Shown here piece after piece: positions 19,744 through 29,724 of a stretch of DNA of 64,000 nucleotides (the first letter of the stretch is position 1; each line of letters begins with the position of its first letter). A program made the translations under genes and the position numbers. Origin of the DNA: Patescibacteria group bacterium (GTDB lineage: Bacteria > Patescibacteriota > Patescibacteriia > JAHJFT01); NCBI GenBank assembly GCA_028710985.1, contig JAQTTB010000001.1, forward strand, positions 231,397-295,396. The letters run 5' to 3'. The notes below the pieces were generated by a model. The model ran no database searches. It had not been told where the DNA came from and saw nothing but the letters and a program-made list of their open reading frames with translations.

Positions 19744-20880
19744 ATGAAAATTCGCCCTGCACATCTCATTATTGGTTCAATAGTTTTGTTTATATTGGAT
19801 TTTTTAACCTTAGCCAATGACACTATTTTTCCAAACCGTGAACCGAAAGGAATTGCAACAGTTATCGTCTTTGGCTGCGCATTAACTTTTATCGCGGGGA
19901 CCGCGTGGGCAATATTTAGGCTGATCTTTAAAGGGAAAAGGTCGCGCAAGGCAACCACCGCGGCCGCTCCGCCAGCGATCGCGCCGGAAAAAAGCCGATT
20001 CTCTTTAACCACATTGGAAATTGTATTTAATCGAATTTTTGCGGTCTTGTTAATCCTCTCCGCCCCGTTGTTGTTATTTAATCCTTTCACTGTCCCGACG
20101 GTGGTGATCTTTGTCGTGTTTGCCTTGTTTCTTTTTTTCGCTAAAAGATACCATCCGGTAATCAACGCCATCTTCGCGCTAATCGCCCTCGGCGTATATT
20201 TTATTCCCTTGCCGATCGATTGGGGATTTTTTCTCGGCCTAAAAGAATGGCGGATGGGCGGTTTTGTTTTTCACCCAATCATTATCTTTTTTTACCTTTC
20301 CCCATTAATTTTTATTTCTCTTTCTGCCAGAAATATTTTAGGAAATATCCTGTCATTTTTTAAGCCAAACACACGCTGGCGTAATCTTTTATTTTTCCTT
20401 TCTCTAATAACCGCGATAATAGTAATCCTGGCCTATCCGTTGCTAAGCAGTATTAAATTACGTGAACGAGCAATGGAAGATGATGATGGTAGTAGCCAAT
20501 TGTCCTATGCCCTGACAAAACAAGAACTTAAAATAGAACCGGGAAAGAGCGGCTCTAGTAGTAGTGCTCTCGCCCGGCGGTATTACACGGCCCGTTTTGA
20601 TCCGGCCACGAAAAAATATATCTATCGCTTGAATCTTGCGGATCCGCTTTCCGCGTCTATTGAATTCACGGCGGTTGAAACCGACGGTGAAAAAATTAAT
20701 TTTACAACCGACTCTCGAATACAGTGTTTGAATTGCCAGAAAGATACAAGCGATCCTTACGGCTTGGTTTTCCCCGCCGGCAAAAATATTGATTTCACCT
20801 TGACTAGCGACAAGCTAATTATGGCGATAAAATTCACTGAGCCCGGAGACAAGGTGGCTAAGTTTATTTTTTGGAAATAA
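19744..20880 (+). CDS. multi-TM membrane protein with soluble C-terminal domain
   Basis: About 7 hydrophobic segments followed by a polar tail. Confidence 0.7.
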   Translation: MKIRPAHLIIGSIVLFILDFLTLANDTIFPNREPKGIATVIVFGCALTFIAGTAWAIFRLIFKGKRSRKATTAAAPPAIAPEKSRFSLTTLEIVFNRIFAVLLILSAPLLLFNPFTVPTVVIFVVFALFLFFAKRYHPVINAIFALIALGVYFIPLPIDWGFFLGLKEWRMGGFVFHPIIIFFYLSPLIFISLSARNILGNILSFFKPNTRWRNLLFFLSLITAIIVILAYPLLSSIKLRERAMEDDDGSSQLSYALTKQELKIEPGKSGSSSSALARRYYTARFDPATKKYIYRLNLADPLSASIEFTAVETDGEKINFTTDSRIQCLNCQKDTSDPYGLVFPAGKNIDFTLTSDKLIMAIKFTEPGDKVAKFIFWK

Positions 20881-21012
20881 ATTTTCCGCATGTGCCATAT
20901 TCAAAAAAATAATACCTGACAAGGCGCTTTGATATTAGATAAAATAAGCACCAAATAGCGGGCCTCCCCCGCTTTTTTAGTTATACGCCAATGATGGTAT
21001 AATAATATCGTT

Positions 21013-22347
21013 ATGCCCAAACGCGACATCCAAAAATCATTTTACAAATACCATCAGCCGGTTGATTTCCGGAACACCTGGCGCATTTTTAAAATCATGT
21101 CCGAGTTCGTTGAAGGATACCACCTGCTCTCCGGCCTGAAGCGCGAAGTCACATTCTTCGGCTCGGCGCGCGCCAAACCCTCAAGCCGGCATTACCGCGA
21201 AACCGAAAAATTGGCAAAAATACTTGGAAAAAATGGCCACGCCATTATCACCGGCGGCGGACCCGGCATCATGGAGGCCGCGAACAAGGGCGCGGCCGCG
21301 GTCGGCGCCGAATCCATTGGCCTCAACATCCAGTTGCCAAGCGAACAGATTCTAAACCCCTACTGCAAAAAATCCCAGGGTTTTTATTATTTCTTCACCC
21401 GCAAGGTCATGCTCACCTCCCCGTCGCAGGCATTTTTCTTTCTGCCCGGCGGCTTTGGCACCCTGGATGAATTCTTTGAAGTTATTGACCTCATCGAAAT
21501 CAACCGCATGCCCCCCGTGCCCGTGGTGGCCATGATGAGCGATTTTTGGAAAGAACTTTATAATTTTCTGAGCGAATATTCGCTAAAACGCATCGGTGCC
21601 ATCAAACCGAAAAACCTTGAATGCATCCATATCGTTGACACGGCCGAGGAGGCCGCCGAGTTCGCGCGCGGCGTCAAAGAACGGCCGTTCTTTGGAGATA
21701 TTAATCCGACCGGCAATCCGTCAAACATTGACTGGAAAGTCTTCCGCATCATGGCCGAACTGGTAGAGGGCTTTGAATTCGTAAACCGCCTAAAAAACGA
21801 CGTTACCATTCTCGGCACCGGCAAACTCGGGCCCGGAACTCCCTATTACCAGGCCGCCGAAGAACTCGGCCGCGTGCTTGGCCATGACGGCTACACCATT
21901 GTGACCGGCGGCGGGCCCGGCATCATGGAGGCCGCGAACAAAGGCGCTTTTGAGGCCGGCGCCGATTCCGTGGGCCTGAATATCAGTTTTGACGGCACGG
22001 TGCGCGCCAACCCCTACGTCAAGCGCTCCATGGGCTTCTTCTTTCCCTTCACCCGCAAGCTCATTATCACCGCGCCGTCGCTTGCCTTTGTCTGCTTCCC
22101 CGGCGGCTTCGGCACCCTGCACCAGCTTTTTGAGCTCCTCGTGCTCATGCAAACCGGCAAAATGGGCCGCATGCCCATCATTCTTTTCGGCCGGGAATTC
22201 TGGAAGCCGCTTGCCGATTACCTCGGCCGAGTCGCCTGCCGGCTCTATAGCGCCCTGGATCCCGGGGATCTCAAACTGTTTGATATCGTGGATTCGGTGG
22301 AAGAAGCCGTTCTTATCATCAAGAAAGTCCCAAAAACAAAATCCTGA
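21013..22347 (+). CDS. tandem two-domain LOG-family (TIGR00730-like) nucleotide hydrolase
   Basis: Two copies of TGGGPGIMEAANKGA and PGGFGTL. Confidence 0.88.
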   Translation: MPKRDIQKSFYKYHQPVDFRNTWRIFKIMSEFVEGYHLLSGLKREVTFFGSARAKPSSRHYRETEKLAKILGKNGHAIITGGGPGIMEAANKGAAAVGAESIGLNIQLPSEQILNPYCKKSQGFYYFFTRKVMLTSPSQAFFFLPGGFGTLDEFFEVIDLIEINRMPPVPVVAMMSDFWKELYNFLSEYSLKRIGAIKPKNLECIHIVDTAEEAAEFARGVKERPFFGDINPTGNPSNIDWKVFRIMAELVEGFEFVNRLKNDVTILGTGKLGPGTPYYQAAEELGRVLGHDGYTIVTGGGPGIMEAANKGAFEAGADSVGLNISFDGTVRANPYVKRSMGFFFPFTRKLIITAPSLAFVCFPGGFGTLHQLFELLVLMQTGKMGRMPIILFGREFWKPLADYLGRVACRLYSALDPGDLKLFDIVDSVEEAVLIIKKVPKTKS

Positions 22348-22410
22348 CCTGCCTGCCGGCAGGCAGGTTCCATTATTCATGATTCCTGATTCTCGTGTTG
22401 CTGGAATCAT
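22340..22410. repeat. ATTCCTG-type heptamer array with CCTGCCTGCCGGCAGGCAGG inserted at 22348-22367
   Basis: Direct reading. Confidence 0.8.
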
Positions 22411-22440
22411 GTTTTTTTATTATAATAGTAGTGTATTTTT

Positions 22441-23310
22441 ATGAACAAGATAACAAAAGTCGTCATCCCGGTCGCCGGTTTCGGCACGCGCTTTCTGCCC
22501 GCCACCAAGGCAATGCCCAAAGAGATGCTTACCGTGGTAGATAAACCCGTAATTCAGTACGTGGTGGAGGAAGCCGTCGCCGCGGGCATCACCGATGTAA
22601 TTCTGGTCACCGGCGCCTCAAAGCGCGCGGTTGAGGATCATTTTGATTACAACCACGAATTGCAGAACTGGCTCAAGAAACAGGGAAAAAACGATCTGCG
22701 GGAGGAAATAAAAAAAATTGCCGACATGGCAAATTTTATTTATATCCGGCAGAAGGGACCGTACGGCAACGGTACGCCGATCCTCTGCGCCGAGAAGATA
22801 ATCGGCGACGAGCCGTTCGCCGTTCTCTGGGGAGATGAATTTTTTTACGGCAAAAAAAACCGCCTGTCCCAGCTTATCCGCGTTTTTGAGAAATACGGCG
22901 ACCCCGTTCTCACCGCCTACGGAGTAAAATCCGCGGACACCGTGCGATACGGCATGCTTGACGCGGTTAAGATTGAAAAAAACATTTACCAGGTAAAAAA
23001 AATCATTGAAAAACCCGGACCGAAAAAATCGCCCTCTCTCCTCGCCTCCCTCGGCGGCTTTATCCTGACTCCGGACATCTTTCACGCGCTCCGCAATACC
23101 AAGCGCGGAAAAGGCGGCGAGCTCTGGCTCACCGACGCGATTCATAATCTTTCCAAGCGCCGGCCTCTTTACGCCTGCGAGGTGAGTGACGCGACGTATT
23201 ACGACACCGGCTCCAAGCTCGGCTATCTCAAGGCAAATGTTGATTTTGCCCTGCGCCGGCCGGATCTAAAAAAAGATTTTATCAAATATCTCAAATCTTT
23301 GAAAATATGA
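22441..23310 (+). CDS. galU: UTP-glucose-1-phosphate uridylyltransferase
   Basis: VIPVAGFGTRFLPATKAMPKEML..DKPVIQY, IEKP, GELWLTDAI. Confidence 0.93.
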   Translation: MNKITKVVIPVAGFGTRFLPATKAMPKEMLTVVDKPVIQYVVEEAVAAGITDVILVTGASKRAVEDHFDYNHELQNWLKKQGKNDLREEIKKIADMANFIYIRQKGPYGNGTPILCAEKIIGDEPFAVLWGDEFFYGKKNRLSQLIRVFEKYGDPVLTAYGVKSADTVRYGMLDAVKIEKNIYQVKKIIEKPGPKKSPSLLASLGGFILTPDIFHALRNTKRGKGGELWLTDAIHNLSKRRPLYACEVSDATYYDTGSKLGYLKANVDFALRRPDLKKDFIKYLKSLKI

Positions 23311-24701
23311 AAAAAATATTTTTTTCTTTTGTCATCCTTTCTCTGATCGCCACCGCCGGCTTCGGCTGCAAAACCCAATCTGAAGCCGAAAAAGAAGCCA
23401 CCAAACCTGTCACTCTGAATTTTTGGGGAGTTTTTGACGAATCCGACGCCATCCAGCCGCTTATCACCGCCTACCGCGCCAAGCATCCCAATGTCACCAT
23501 CAACTACAAGATGTACCGGTTTGACGAATACGAAGACGAGCTGCTGAACGCCCTGGCCGAAGACCGCGGACCGGATATCTTTATGGTGCACAACCACTGG
23601 ATGCGCGGCTATCTCGCCAAAATCCTGCCCCTTCCGGCCGAACTCACCATCGCCTATGTCACGCAGTCCGGAGGCGCTCTGGGAAGCGAAACCAAAGCCA
23701 CCCTGGCAAAAGAAAAAACCATGACCCTGCGCGCGCTTCAGGACAGCTTTGTGCAGGTCGTGGCCGATGACGCCGTGGCGCCGGTCTGGAACGCGACCGA
23801 CGAAGTGAATGAAAATAAAATCGTCGGACTGCCGCTTTCCGTGGACACGCTCGCGCTTTATTATAACCGCGACATTTTGAACGCCGCCGGCATCGCCGAG
23901 CCGCCGACCACCTGGACCGATTTTCTGGAACAGGTAAAAACCATCACCAAACTCAACGCCGACGGCGGCATCGCCCAGTCCGCGGCCGCGATCGGCACAT
24001 CTTCCAACATTGAACGGTTCAGCGACATCGTTTCCGCGCTCATGATGCAAAACGGCACCGAAATGACCAATGAATCCGGATTCGCCACGTTCAATAAAAT
24101 CCCCAAAGCCCTTACCGGCCGCAGCGAACCCCCGGGATTCGGCGCGGTCCGTTTTTACACCGACTTTGCCAACTCCGGAAAAGAAGTCTACACCTGGAAT
24201 GACGACTTTCCGAATTCACTGGACGCTTTTTCCACCGGCCAGACCGCGTTCTTTTTTGGCTACTCGTATCATCTTTCCCAAATCCGCACCAAGGCGCCCA
24301 AGCTCAATCTCGGCATCGCCCGGCTCCCCCAGCTTGAGGGCAATCCGGAAGTAAATTATGCCAACTACTGGCTGAACTCGGTTTCCGCAAAGAGCAAGAG
24401 TTCAAATTACGCCTGGGACTTTGTGCAGTTTGCCGCAAGCGAAGCCAACGTCAAGGCCTATCTTGACGCCGCCAAGCGCCCGACCGCTCTGCGCTCGCTC
24501 CGCGACAGCCAGCTTGAAGATGTGGACCTTTCGGTTTTCGCTTCCCAGCTTCTCACGGCCAAAGACTGGTACCGCGGCAAAAACTGGGCCGCGGTTGAGC
24601 AGACCTTTGCCGACATGATTGATTCACAGGTCTACGGCACCATGGAGCTTAAAGACGCAATTAATCTTGCGGTGAGTAAAGTAAATCAGACCATTCAATG
24701 A
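23307..24701 (+). CDS. extracellular solute-binding lipoprotein (family 1)
   Basis: Lipobox AGFGC; GPDIF, LPLSVDTLALYYNRD, PPTTW. Confidence 0.85.
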   Translation: MKKIFFSFVILSLIATAGFGCKTQSEAEKEATKPVTLNFWGVFDESDAIQPLITAYRAKHPNVTINYKMYRFDEYEDELLNALAEDRGPDIFMVHNHWMRGYLAKILPLPAELTIAYVTQSGGALGSETKATLAKEKTMTLRALQDSFVQVVADDAVAPVWNATDEVNENKIVGLPLSVDTLALYYNRDILNAAGIAEPPTTWTDFLEQVKTITKLNADGGIAQSAAAIGTSSNIERFSDIVSALMMQNGTEMTNESGFATFNKIPKALTGRSEPPGFGAVRFYTDFANSGKEVYTWNDDFPNSLDAFSTGQTAFFFGYSYHLSQIRTKAPKLNLGIARLPQLEGNPEVNYANYWLNSVSAKSKSSNYAWDFVQFAASEANVKAYLDAAKRPTALRSLRDSQLEDVDLSVFASQLLTAKDWYRGKNWAAVEQTFADMIDSQVYGTMELKDAINLAVSKVNQTIQ

Positions 24702-25576
24702 AAAAATACATAACAATTATTCTCGCGATAATCATCGTGCTTGCTCCGATTCCGGTTTTGGCGTTTCAGCTTATTCCTTCCGGCTGTACCGGGCAGAATG
24801 TCACGACCCAAAACTGCGGTCTTACGGAAATTTTTCAGACGTTCATTAATTTCGCGAACTTTCTCCTTAGCATCGCCGGCTCGGTCACGCTGCTCATGTT
24901 CATCTATGGCGGTTTTGTCTGGCTCACTTCGGGCGGGGCTTCGGATAAAATAAAAAAAGGCAAAGACATCATGGTGAACACGACCATCGGGCTTGTGATC
25001 ATGCTTGCCGCCGCGACCGTAATTTATTCGGTCGGCACTTTTCTCTGCGGCGGCGACCAATCATGCCTCCGCCAGCTTAATATATACGGCGCGGCCGAGG
25101 GCCAGGAAGGCGGCATGGACTGCCGCAAGCAGGAAAATGACGGCAAAACCTGCGGCACGGAAAAAAACTATGTCTGCTCGTACGAGGCGCGAAAATGCGT
25201 CACCCGCTGTGAAGCCGACCAAAATCTCGCGAGCCGCGGCTACGCCTGTCAGACCGTTCCGCTCGCGAGCAAAGACAAAGCCTCGGCAAGCCTTTACGCC
25301 GAATCCTACAGCTGCAAATTAAATCTCTGCCCCGGCGATTGGGACACCCTCTGCTGCCCGGCGCACGAAGCCGCCACCACCTGCTGCAAGTGTGAAATCA
25401 ACGATGCCTCTGCCACTACTTATTATTTTCCGTCCGATTCGGGCGCTGACTGCATCACTGCCTGCGAATCGGCGCGCGATCTCATAGGAGCAACCACGAT
25501 TCCTGAAATAACGCCCGGCATTGAGCGCACCGAAGACCCGGGCTGCGAGGAAGCGCTTTCTCGAAGAGGGATATAA
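24698..25576 (+). CDS. VirB2/TrbC-type pilin with Cys-rich C-terminal extension
   Basis: IAGSVTLLMFIYGGFVWLTSGG..KIKKGK..IGLVI, followed by many Cys. Confidence 0.8.
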   Translation: MKKYITIILAIIIVLAPIPVLAFQLIPSGCTGQNVTTQNCGLTEIFQTFINFANFLLSIAGSVTLLMFIYGGFVWLTSGGASDKIKKGKDIMVNTTIGLVIMLAAATVIYSVGTFLCGGDQSCLRQLNIYGAAEGQEGGMDCRKQENDGKTCGTEKNYVCSYEARKCVTRCEADQNLASRGYACQTVPLASKDKASASLYAESYSCKLNLCPGDWDTLCCPAHEAATTCCKCEINDASATTYYFPSDSGADCITACESARDLIGATTIPEITPGIERTEDPGCEEALSRRGI

Positions 25577-25578
25577 AT

Positions 25579-26214
25579 ATGAAAATTTTTTCAATTATTA
25601 CAATCGCCATTCTCATCTTTGCCGCCGTTCCGGCTTTGGCCGAGGATGTTGGCTCCTGCGTCTGCGACTTTACCATGAGCGGGATTCTTATTACCGGCCC
25701 GACCGGCTGCTCCGGGATTCCCGAAGCGCAATGCAACTGGAACAGCGGCGCTTCAAATTGCGGATGCATGGGCGAAATTCGCCGCAGTGTCACGCAAGAA
25801 GATTGTTTTCCCGACGCCGCCGGCATGATTAGCGCAACCTATGGTATCACCTCTCCCACCTATATAATTACCGGATCCTGCTCCTGGACCCCTGCGCCTT
25901 CGACCGGTGAAGAAACCGGCGAAACTCCTTCAACCGGCGCCGGCACTCCGCCGCGCCTGGAATTTGAGCCGCCCCTCGGCACCACGGACGTGAATGAGCT
26001 CATCGGCTATATCATCCGCGCCGTCACCGGCATTGTCGGCAGTATCGCGCTTCTCATGTTCGTAGCCGGCGGATTCGTCTGGATGACCGCTGCCGGAAAC
26101 GAAGAGCGCGTCAAGCTCGGAAAAAATATCCTGATCTGGTCAACCCTCGGCCTCGTCGTCATCTTCTCGGCCTATGCCGTCACGCGCTATATCTTAACCG
26201 CCTTACTGGAATAA
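25579..26214 (+). CDS. VirB2/TrbC-type pilin with Cys-rich N-terminal domain
   Basis: GIVGSIALLMFVAGGFVWMTAAGNEERVKLGK..LGLVVIF. Confidence 0.82.
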   Translation: MKIFSIITIAILIFAAVPALAEDVGSCVCDFTMSGILITGPTGCSGIPEAQCNWNSGASNCGCMGEIRRSVTQEDCFPDAAGMISATYGITSPTYIITGSCSWTPAPSTGEETGETPSTGAGTPPRLEFEPPLGTTDVNELIGYIIRAVTGIVGSIALLMFVAGGFVWMTAAGNEERVKLGKNILIWSTLGLVVIFSAYAVTRYILTALLE

Positions 26215-26215
26215 T

Positions 26216-26602
26216 ATGAAATCATTTTTTATTGTTTCAATCGCTCTCTTCGCGCTCACCCTGCTTATCCCAACCGCTTTAGCTATTACGACCCCCACTT
26301 CCACCGATACCGGCGTTCCGCAAAAAGTTGAGCTCAATCCGCCGTTCGGCCAAGCGGCAGCGGCGCCGGATGTCTTTATCCAGACCATGATCGGCCGCAT
26401 CATCCAGTACGCCCTGGGCATTGTCGGCTCAATTGCGCTTCTTATATTCGTGGCCGGCGGCTTTATTTGGTTGACCTCAGCCGGCAATGCTGATAGAATT
26501 AAGTCAGGCAAAAACATGATTGTTTGGGCGGTAATCGGCCTCGCGGTAATTTTTTCCGCCTACGCAATTACAAAATTTATTTTAACCGCCCTATTGGGCT
26601 GA
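26216..26602 (+). CDS. VirB2/TrbC-type pilin
   Basis: GIVGSIALLIFVAGGFIWLTSAGNADRIKSGK. Confidence 0.85.
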   Translation: MKSFFIVSIALFALTLLIPTALAITTPTSTDTGVPQKVELNPPFGQAAAAPDVFIQTMIGRIIQYALGIVGSIALLIFVAGGFIWLTSAGNADRIKSGKNMIVWAVIGLAVIFSAYAITKFILTALLG

Positions 26603-26631
26603 ATTTAATAATTAATTACTTAATAAAAAGT

Positions 26632-27015
26632 ATGCGTAATTTAATGAAGAATACTGTTGCGCGCAATATCTGCGCTTTCGCAATTCTCTCCCTCATCTTC
26701 GTTCCGCTTTCAGCCGCTTTGGCCCTGGAAGTCGGCATTGAAGAGGTTGAGTCCGAGATTGAGCTCGGCAAACGCGATATCCGCGCCACCGTCGCTTCAA
26801 TCATCAACGTGGCCATGGGCCTCCTCGGCATCGTCGCCGTGGGCATAATCCTCATCGGCGGCTTTCAGTGGATGACCGCCGGCGGCAACGAGGAAAACGT
26901 AACTAAAGCAAAACAAAGAATTATTCAGGGCATTATCGGACTTGCCATCATTTTGGCTTCATGGGCAATCGCCCGCTTCGTGCTCGAGAGCCTGGTTACC
27001 GCAACTCAGGACTAA
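26632..27015 (+). CDS. VirB2/TrbC-type pilin
   Basis: GLLGIVAVGIILIGGFQWMTAGGNEENVTKAK. Confidence 0.85.
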   Translation: MRNLMKNTVARNICAFAILSLIFVPLSAALALEVGIEEVESEIELGKRDIRATVASIINVAMGLLGIVAVGIILIGGFQWMTAGGNEENVTKAKQRIIQGIIGLAIILASWAIARFVLESLVTATQD

Positions 27016-27022
27016 ATAAATT

Positions 27023-27424
27023 ATGAAACTCACCCGGGCGCGCAAATTGTTATTGATTCTGCCGCTTCTTGCGTGGGTTTTAATTTCCGCAAACGCGGTT
27101 CTCGCGCTCACGGTTTCCGAAACCGGCCTTGAAACCACGGCCGAAGCCTCCGAGCTTCCCAAGGGCGAACTTACCGCCACTGTCGGACGCGTCATCTCCA
27201 TTTTTCTCTCGCTCGTTGGTGTAATCTTCTTTGTCCTCCTAATTTACGGCGGAATCCTCTGGATGACTGCCATGGGAAATGAAGAAACCGTCAAGCGCGC
27301 AAAGAATCTGATCACGAGCGCCATTCTCGGCCTGATTATTATCTTTGCCGCCTACGCCATCGCCCAGTTCGTGATTTCCATGCTTCTCGGCGCCGAAGTC
27401 CAGCCCACTGCCCCAACCCCATAA
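27023..27424 (+). CDS. VirB2/TrbC-type pilin
   Basis: GVIFFVLLIYGGILWMTAMGNEETVKRAK. Confidence 0.85.
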   Translation: MKLTRARKLLLILPLLAWVLISANAVLALTVSETGLETTAEASELPKGELTATVGRVISIFLSLVGVIFFVLLIYGGILWMTAMGNEETVKRAKNLITSAILGLIIIFAAYAIAQFVISMLLGAEVQPTAPTP

Positions 27425-27452
27425 AAATCACATAATCCTTAATTAATAAATT

Positions 27453-27854
27453 ATGTTCAAGAATAAAATATTCTTTACGCTAAGCGTCATCACGCTTGTT
27501 TCGCTTGTATTCGCTCCTTGCCTCGCGCTTGCAGAAGGCACCGATCCGAATCCGGAAACCCTGCTTCAGCAAGCCGGTGAAAGCGCGGGATTCAGCGCCG
27601 GCACAGGCCAAGAACAGTTCCTGGAAATCGTCGGAAATATTATCACCGTGCTTCTCTCACTCCTCGGCGTCATCTTCTTTGTGCTCTTAATCTACGGCGG
27701 CTTCCTCTGGATGACCTCCCAAGGCAAGGAAGAAACAGTGAAAAAAGCCAAGCAATTAATTACCGACGCAATTATCGGCTTAGTTATCATCCTCGCGGCT
27801 TACGCGATTTCCGCATTCGTTATCGACGCTTTGGTCACCGCGACACTGGATTAA
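27453..27854 (+). CDS. VirB2/TrbC-type pilin
   Basis: GVIFFVLLIYGGFLWMTSQGKEETVKKAK. Confidence 0.85.
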   Translation: MFKNKIFFTLSVITLVSLVFAPCLALAEGTDPNPETLLQQAGESAGFSAGTGQEQFLEIVGNIITVLLSLLGVIFFVLLIYGGFLWMTSQGKEETVKKAKQLITDAIIGLVIILAAYAISAFVIDALVTATLD

Positions 27855-27861
27855 ACAATTT

Positions 27862-27897
27862 AAAAACCACCCCGTTCGCTATCGGGGTGGTTTTTTT
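27862..27897 (+). terminator. intrinsic terminator after the pilin array
   Basis: AAAAACCACCCCG..CGGGGTGGTTTTTTT. Confidence 0.8.
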
Positions 27898-27985
27898 ATA
27901 AAAAAAATGAGCCCGCCAAAGTTTCGATTTCTCGATAACCTTGACGGGCCGTGCTGTAGGAGCGACCCTCGCGGTCGCCCAGCGG

Positions 27986-28852
27986 TCAGTCGTACTCGTG
28001 GAGGATGACGGTCCGATTGGACACGTCTTTGATGGACGCGGCCTTTTTCTTGTCGCCCTTGAGCACGCACTTGCCGCCGGTCATGTAGCAGACCTGGACA
28101 AGCACCTCGAAGGGGCCGAAAGACTCAACCGGAACGTAGCCATCGGCCTGGGGCGGAAGCAATGGGAGCATAACGATGCCGCCATCTTCCAGAACCGGCA
28201 GCACCATCTCTCCAGCCCAGATCACCTCCTTGCCGTTCACCCAGACCCGGAAGTAGGCGCCATCCTTGACGTCTTCGCCCGAGATGTGGATGTTGAGGTT
28301 AGAGCCAGCCGGCGGAGCATAGGTATAACCCGTGATTCCGGCCGGGAATGGCTGGTACGGCATCATGGATGCGCCGAACGGCGCGGGCGAGATGCCGTAG
28401 CCGTAGATGGGCGGGACCGGCTGGAGAACCGGCTTGGGCGGGGGCGGGAGTAGCGTCGGCTTGGCCTCGGCCTCCAACTTGGCGTTGATTGCCTCGGCCT
28501 GGGCGATGAGGTCCGTGAGCTCAGCGACCTTCTTCTCGTTGATCGCTTCGTTCTCGGAGATGGATTCCATTTCCACTTCCGCGACCACGGTCTTGGAAAC
28601 CGCGGCCGGCTCGCTTCCGAGCATGCTCTCGAGCTCGGCGTTCTTGGTCTCGTAGCTGAGCGCGAGATCGTACATCTCGTCGCCCCGCGCCTGGGCGTCC
28701 GCGAGCTCGGCCTCCAGGTCATTCACCTCGGACTGCAGACTCGCGAGGTCGCTCGTCGCGCTCGCGAAGTCGTCGGAACTCACCGGACACTTGGGAGCCG
28801 CGGCGCACGCCGCAAGAACCACCATCACGAACAGAGTTAGGTACGTCTTCAT
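27986..28852 (-). CDS. orphan lipoprotein with coiled coil and Pro-rich linker
   Basis: LAAC lipobox; GGAGG SD; GC-rich codons. Confidence 0.7.
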   Translation of the reverse strand: MKTYLTLFVMVVLAACAAAPKCPVSSDDFASATSDLASLQSEVNDLEAELADAQARGDEMYDLALSYETKNAELESMLGSEPAAVSKTVVAEVEMESISENEAINEKKVAELTDLIAQAEAINAKLEAEAKPTLLPPPPKPVLQPVPPIYGYGISPAPFGASMMPYQPFPAGITGYTYAPPAGSNLNIHISGEDVKDGAYFRVWVNGKEVIWAGEMVLPVLEDGGIVMLPLLPPQADGYVPVESFGPFEVLVQVCYMTGGKCVLKGDKKKAASIKDVSNRTVILHEYD

Positions 28853-28972
28853 CTCGTTATCCTCCGCTGTTGATTGTTGTTCAAAGGATCAATCCAAAAG
28901 ACAAATTATTTTATCTTCTTGATAGATCCGCGCAGAGATGAGAAGCACCTCTGCGCGAGAACTGAAAGAGCG

Positions 28973-29584
28973 TCAGGGCGAGGGCGTCGTCGCGGCGAGC
29001 GCTTCCTCGGTCTCCTCGATCTCCAAGTCCAGGATCTTTTCGGCGATCGCCTTGAGTTCCGCGATCTTGGCCGAGTAATCCGGACTCGCTGACGGCGTTG
29101 ACCAGACACTCGCAGCTGCAGATGCGTACTGGCTGTACGCCTGTTGCTGCGCGGTCATGACCTGCGCCATTTGGATGCCGGCCTGGGTCTTGACCCAGGT
29201 GTCGCACCAGTTGGCGCTCATGTACGGACAGCCGGGATATCCCATCATGGGAGAACCCCAGCCAGACATGCCGTAGCCGCCGCCGTAGCCCATGCCCATA
29301 CCCATGTAGTAGGGGTATCCGCCGTGAATCTCACGGCAGGTCTCAGCGTCGTACGATCCCAGACATGCTTCCCACGCCTGCTGGAGCTTGAACTGGTAGT
29401 TCACGAGCTCGGCCTGCATGGAGTACTGGTAGGCCATCTGTTTATCTTGGAGCACGAGCGAACCGTAAGCCGGACTCGGCAGATAGGGGCTGACGCCGTC
29501 GGCCGTCATGCCCGGGGACTGCACGGATGCATGGTAGCAACCAGCGAGCGCGAACGCGAAAAGAACGCAAACCAGCTTCTTCAT
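28973..29584 (-). CDS. orphan lipoprotein, Gly/Tyr/Met-rich
   Basis: MKKLVCVLFAFALAGC lipobox; AAGGAGG SD; TTGACA..TATATT promoter upstream. Confidence 0.7.
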   Translation of the reverse strand: MKKLVCVLFAFALAGCYHASVQSPGMTADGVSPYLPSPAYGSLVLQDKQMAYQYSMQAELVNYQFKLQQAWEACLGSYDAETCREIHGGYPYYMGMGMGYGGGYGMSGWGSPMMGYPGCPYMSANWCDTWVKTQAGIQMAQVMTAQQQAYSQYASAAASVWSTPSASPDYSAKIAELKAIAEKILDLEIEETEEALAATTPSP

Positions 29585-29724
29585 GGCTATTTCCTCCTTG
29601 GTGATTGGCTGATTTTGAACTCTCAAATATACCATATTTTCACGATTTTGTCAATGCCCATGGGCAATTTTTTGGCTAAAAATCATCATAATTATGACAA
29701 AATATCCGGCCGTGAATATCGGAT

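Noticed and set aside
21250-21945. ~38-nt near-identical nucleotide repeat (about 21250 and 21904)
   Set aside because: Explained by the conserved TGGGPGIMEAANK motif of the duplicated LOG domain.
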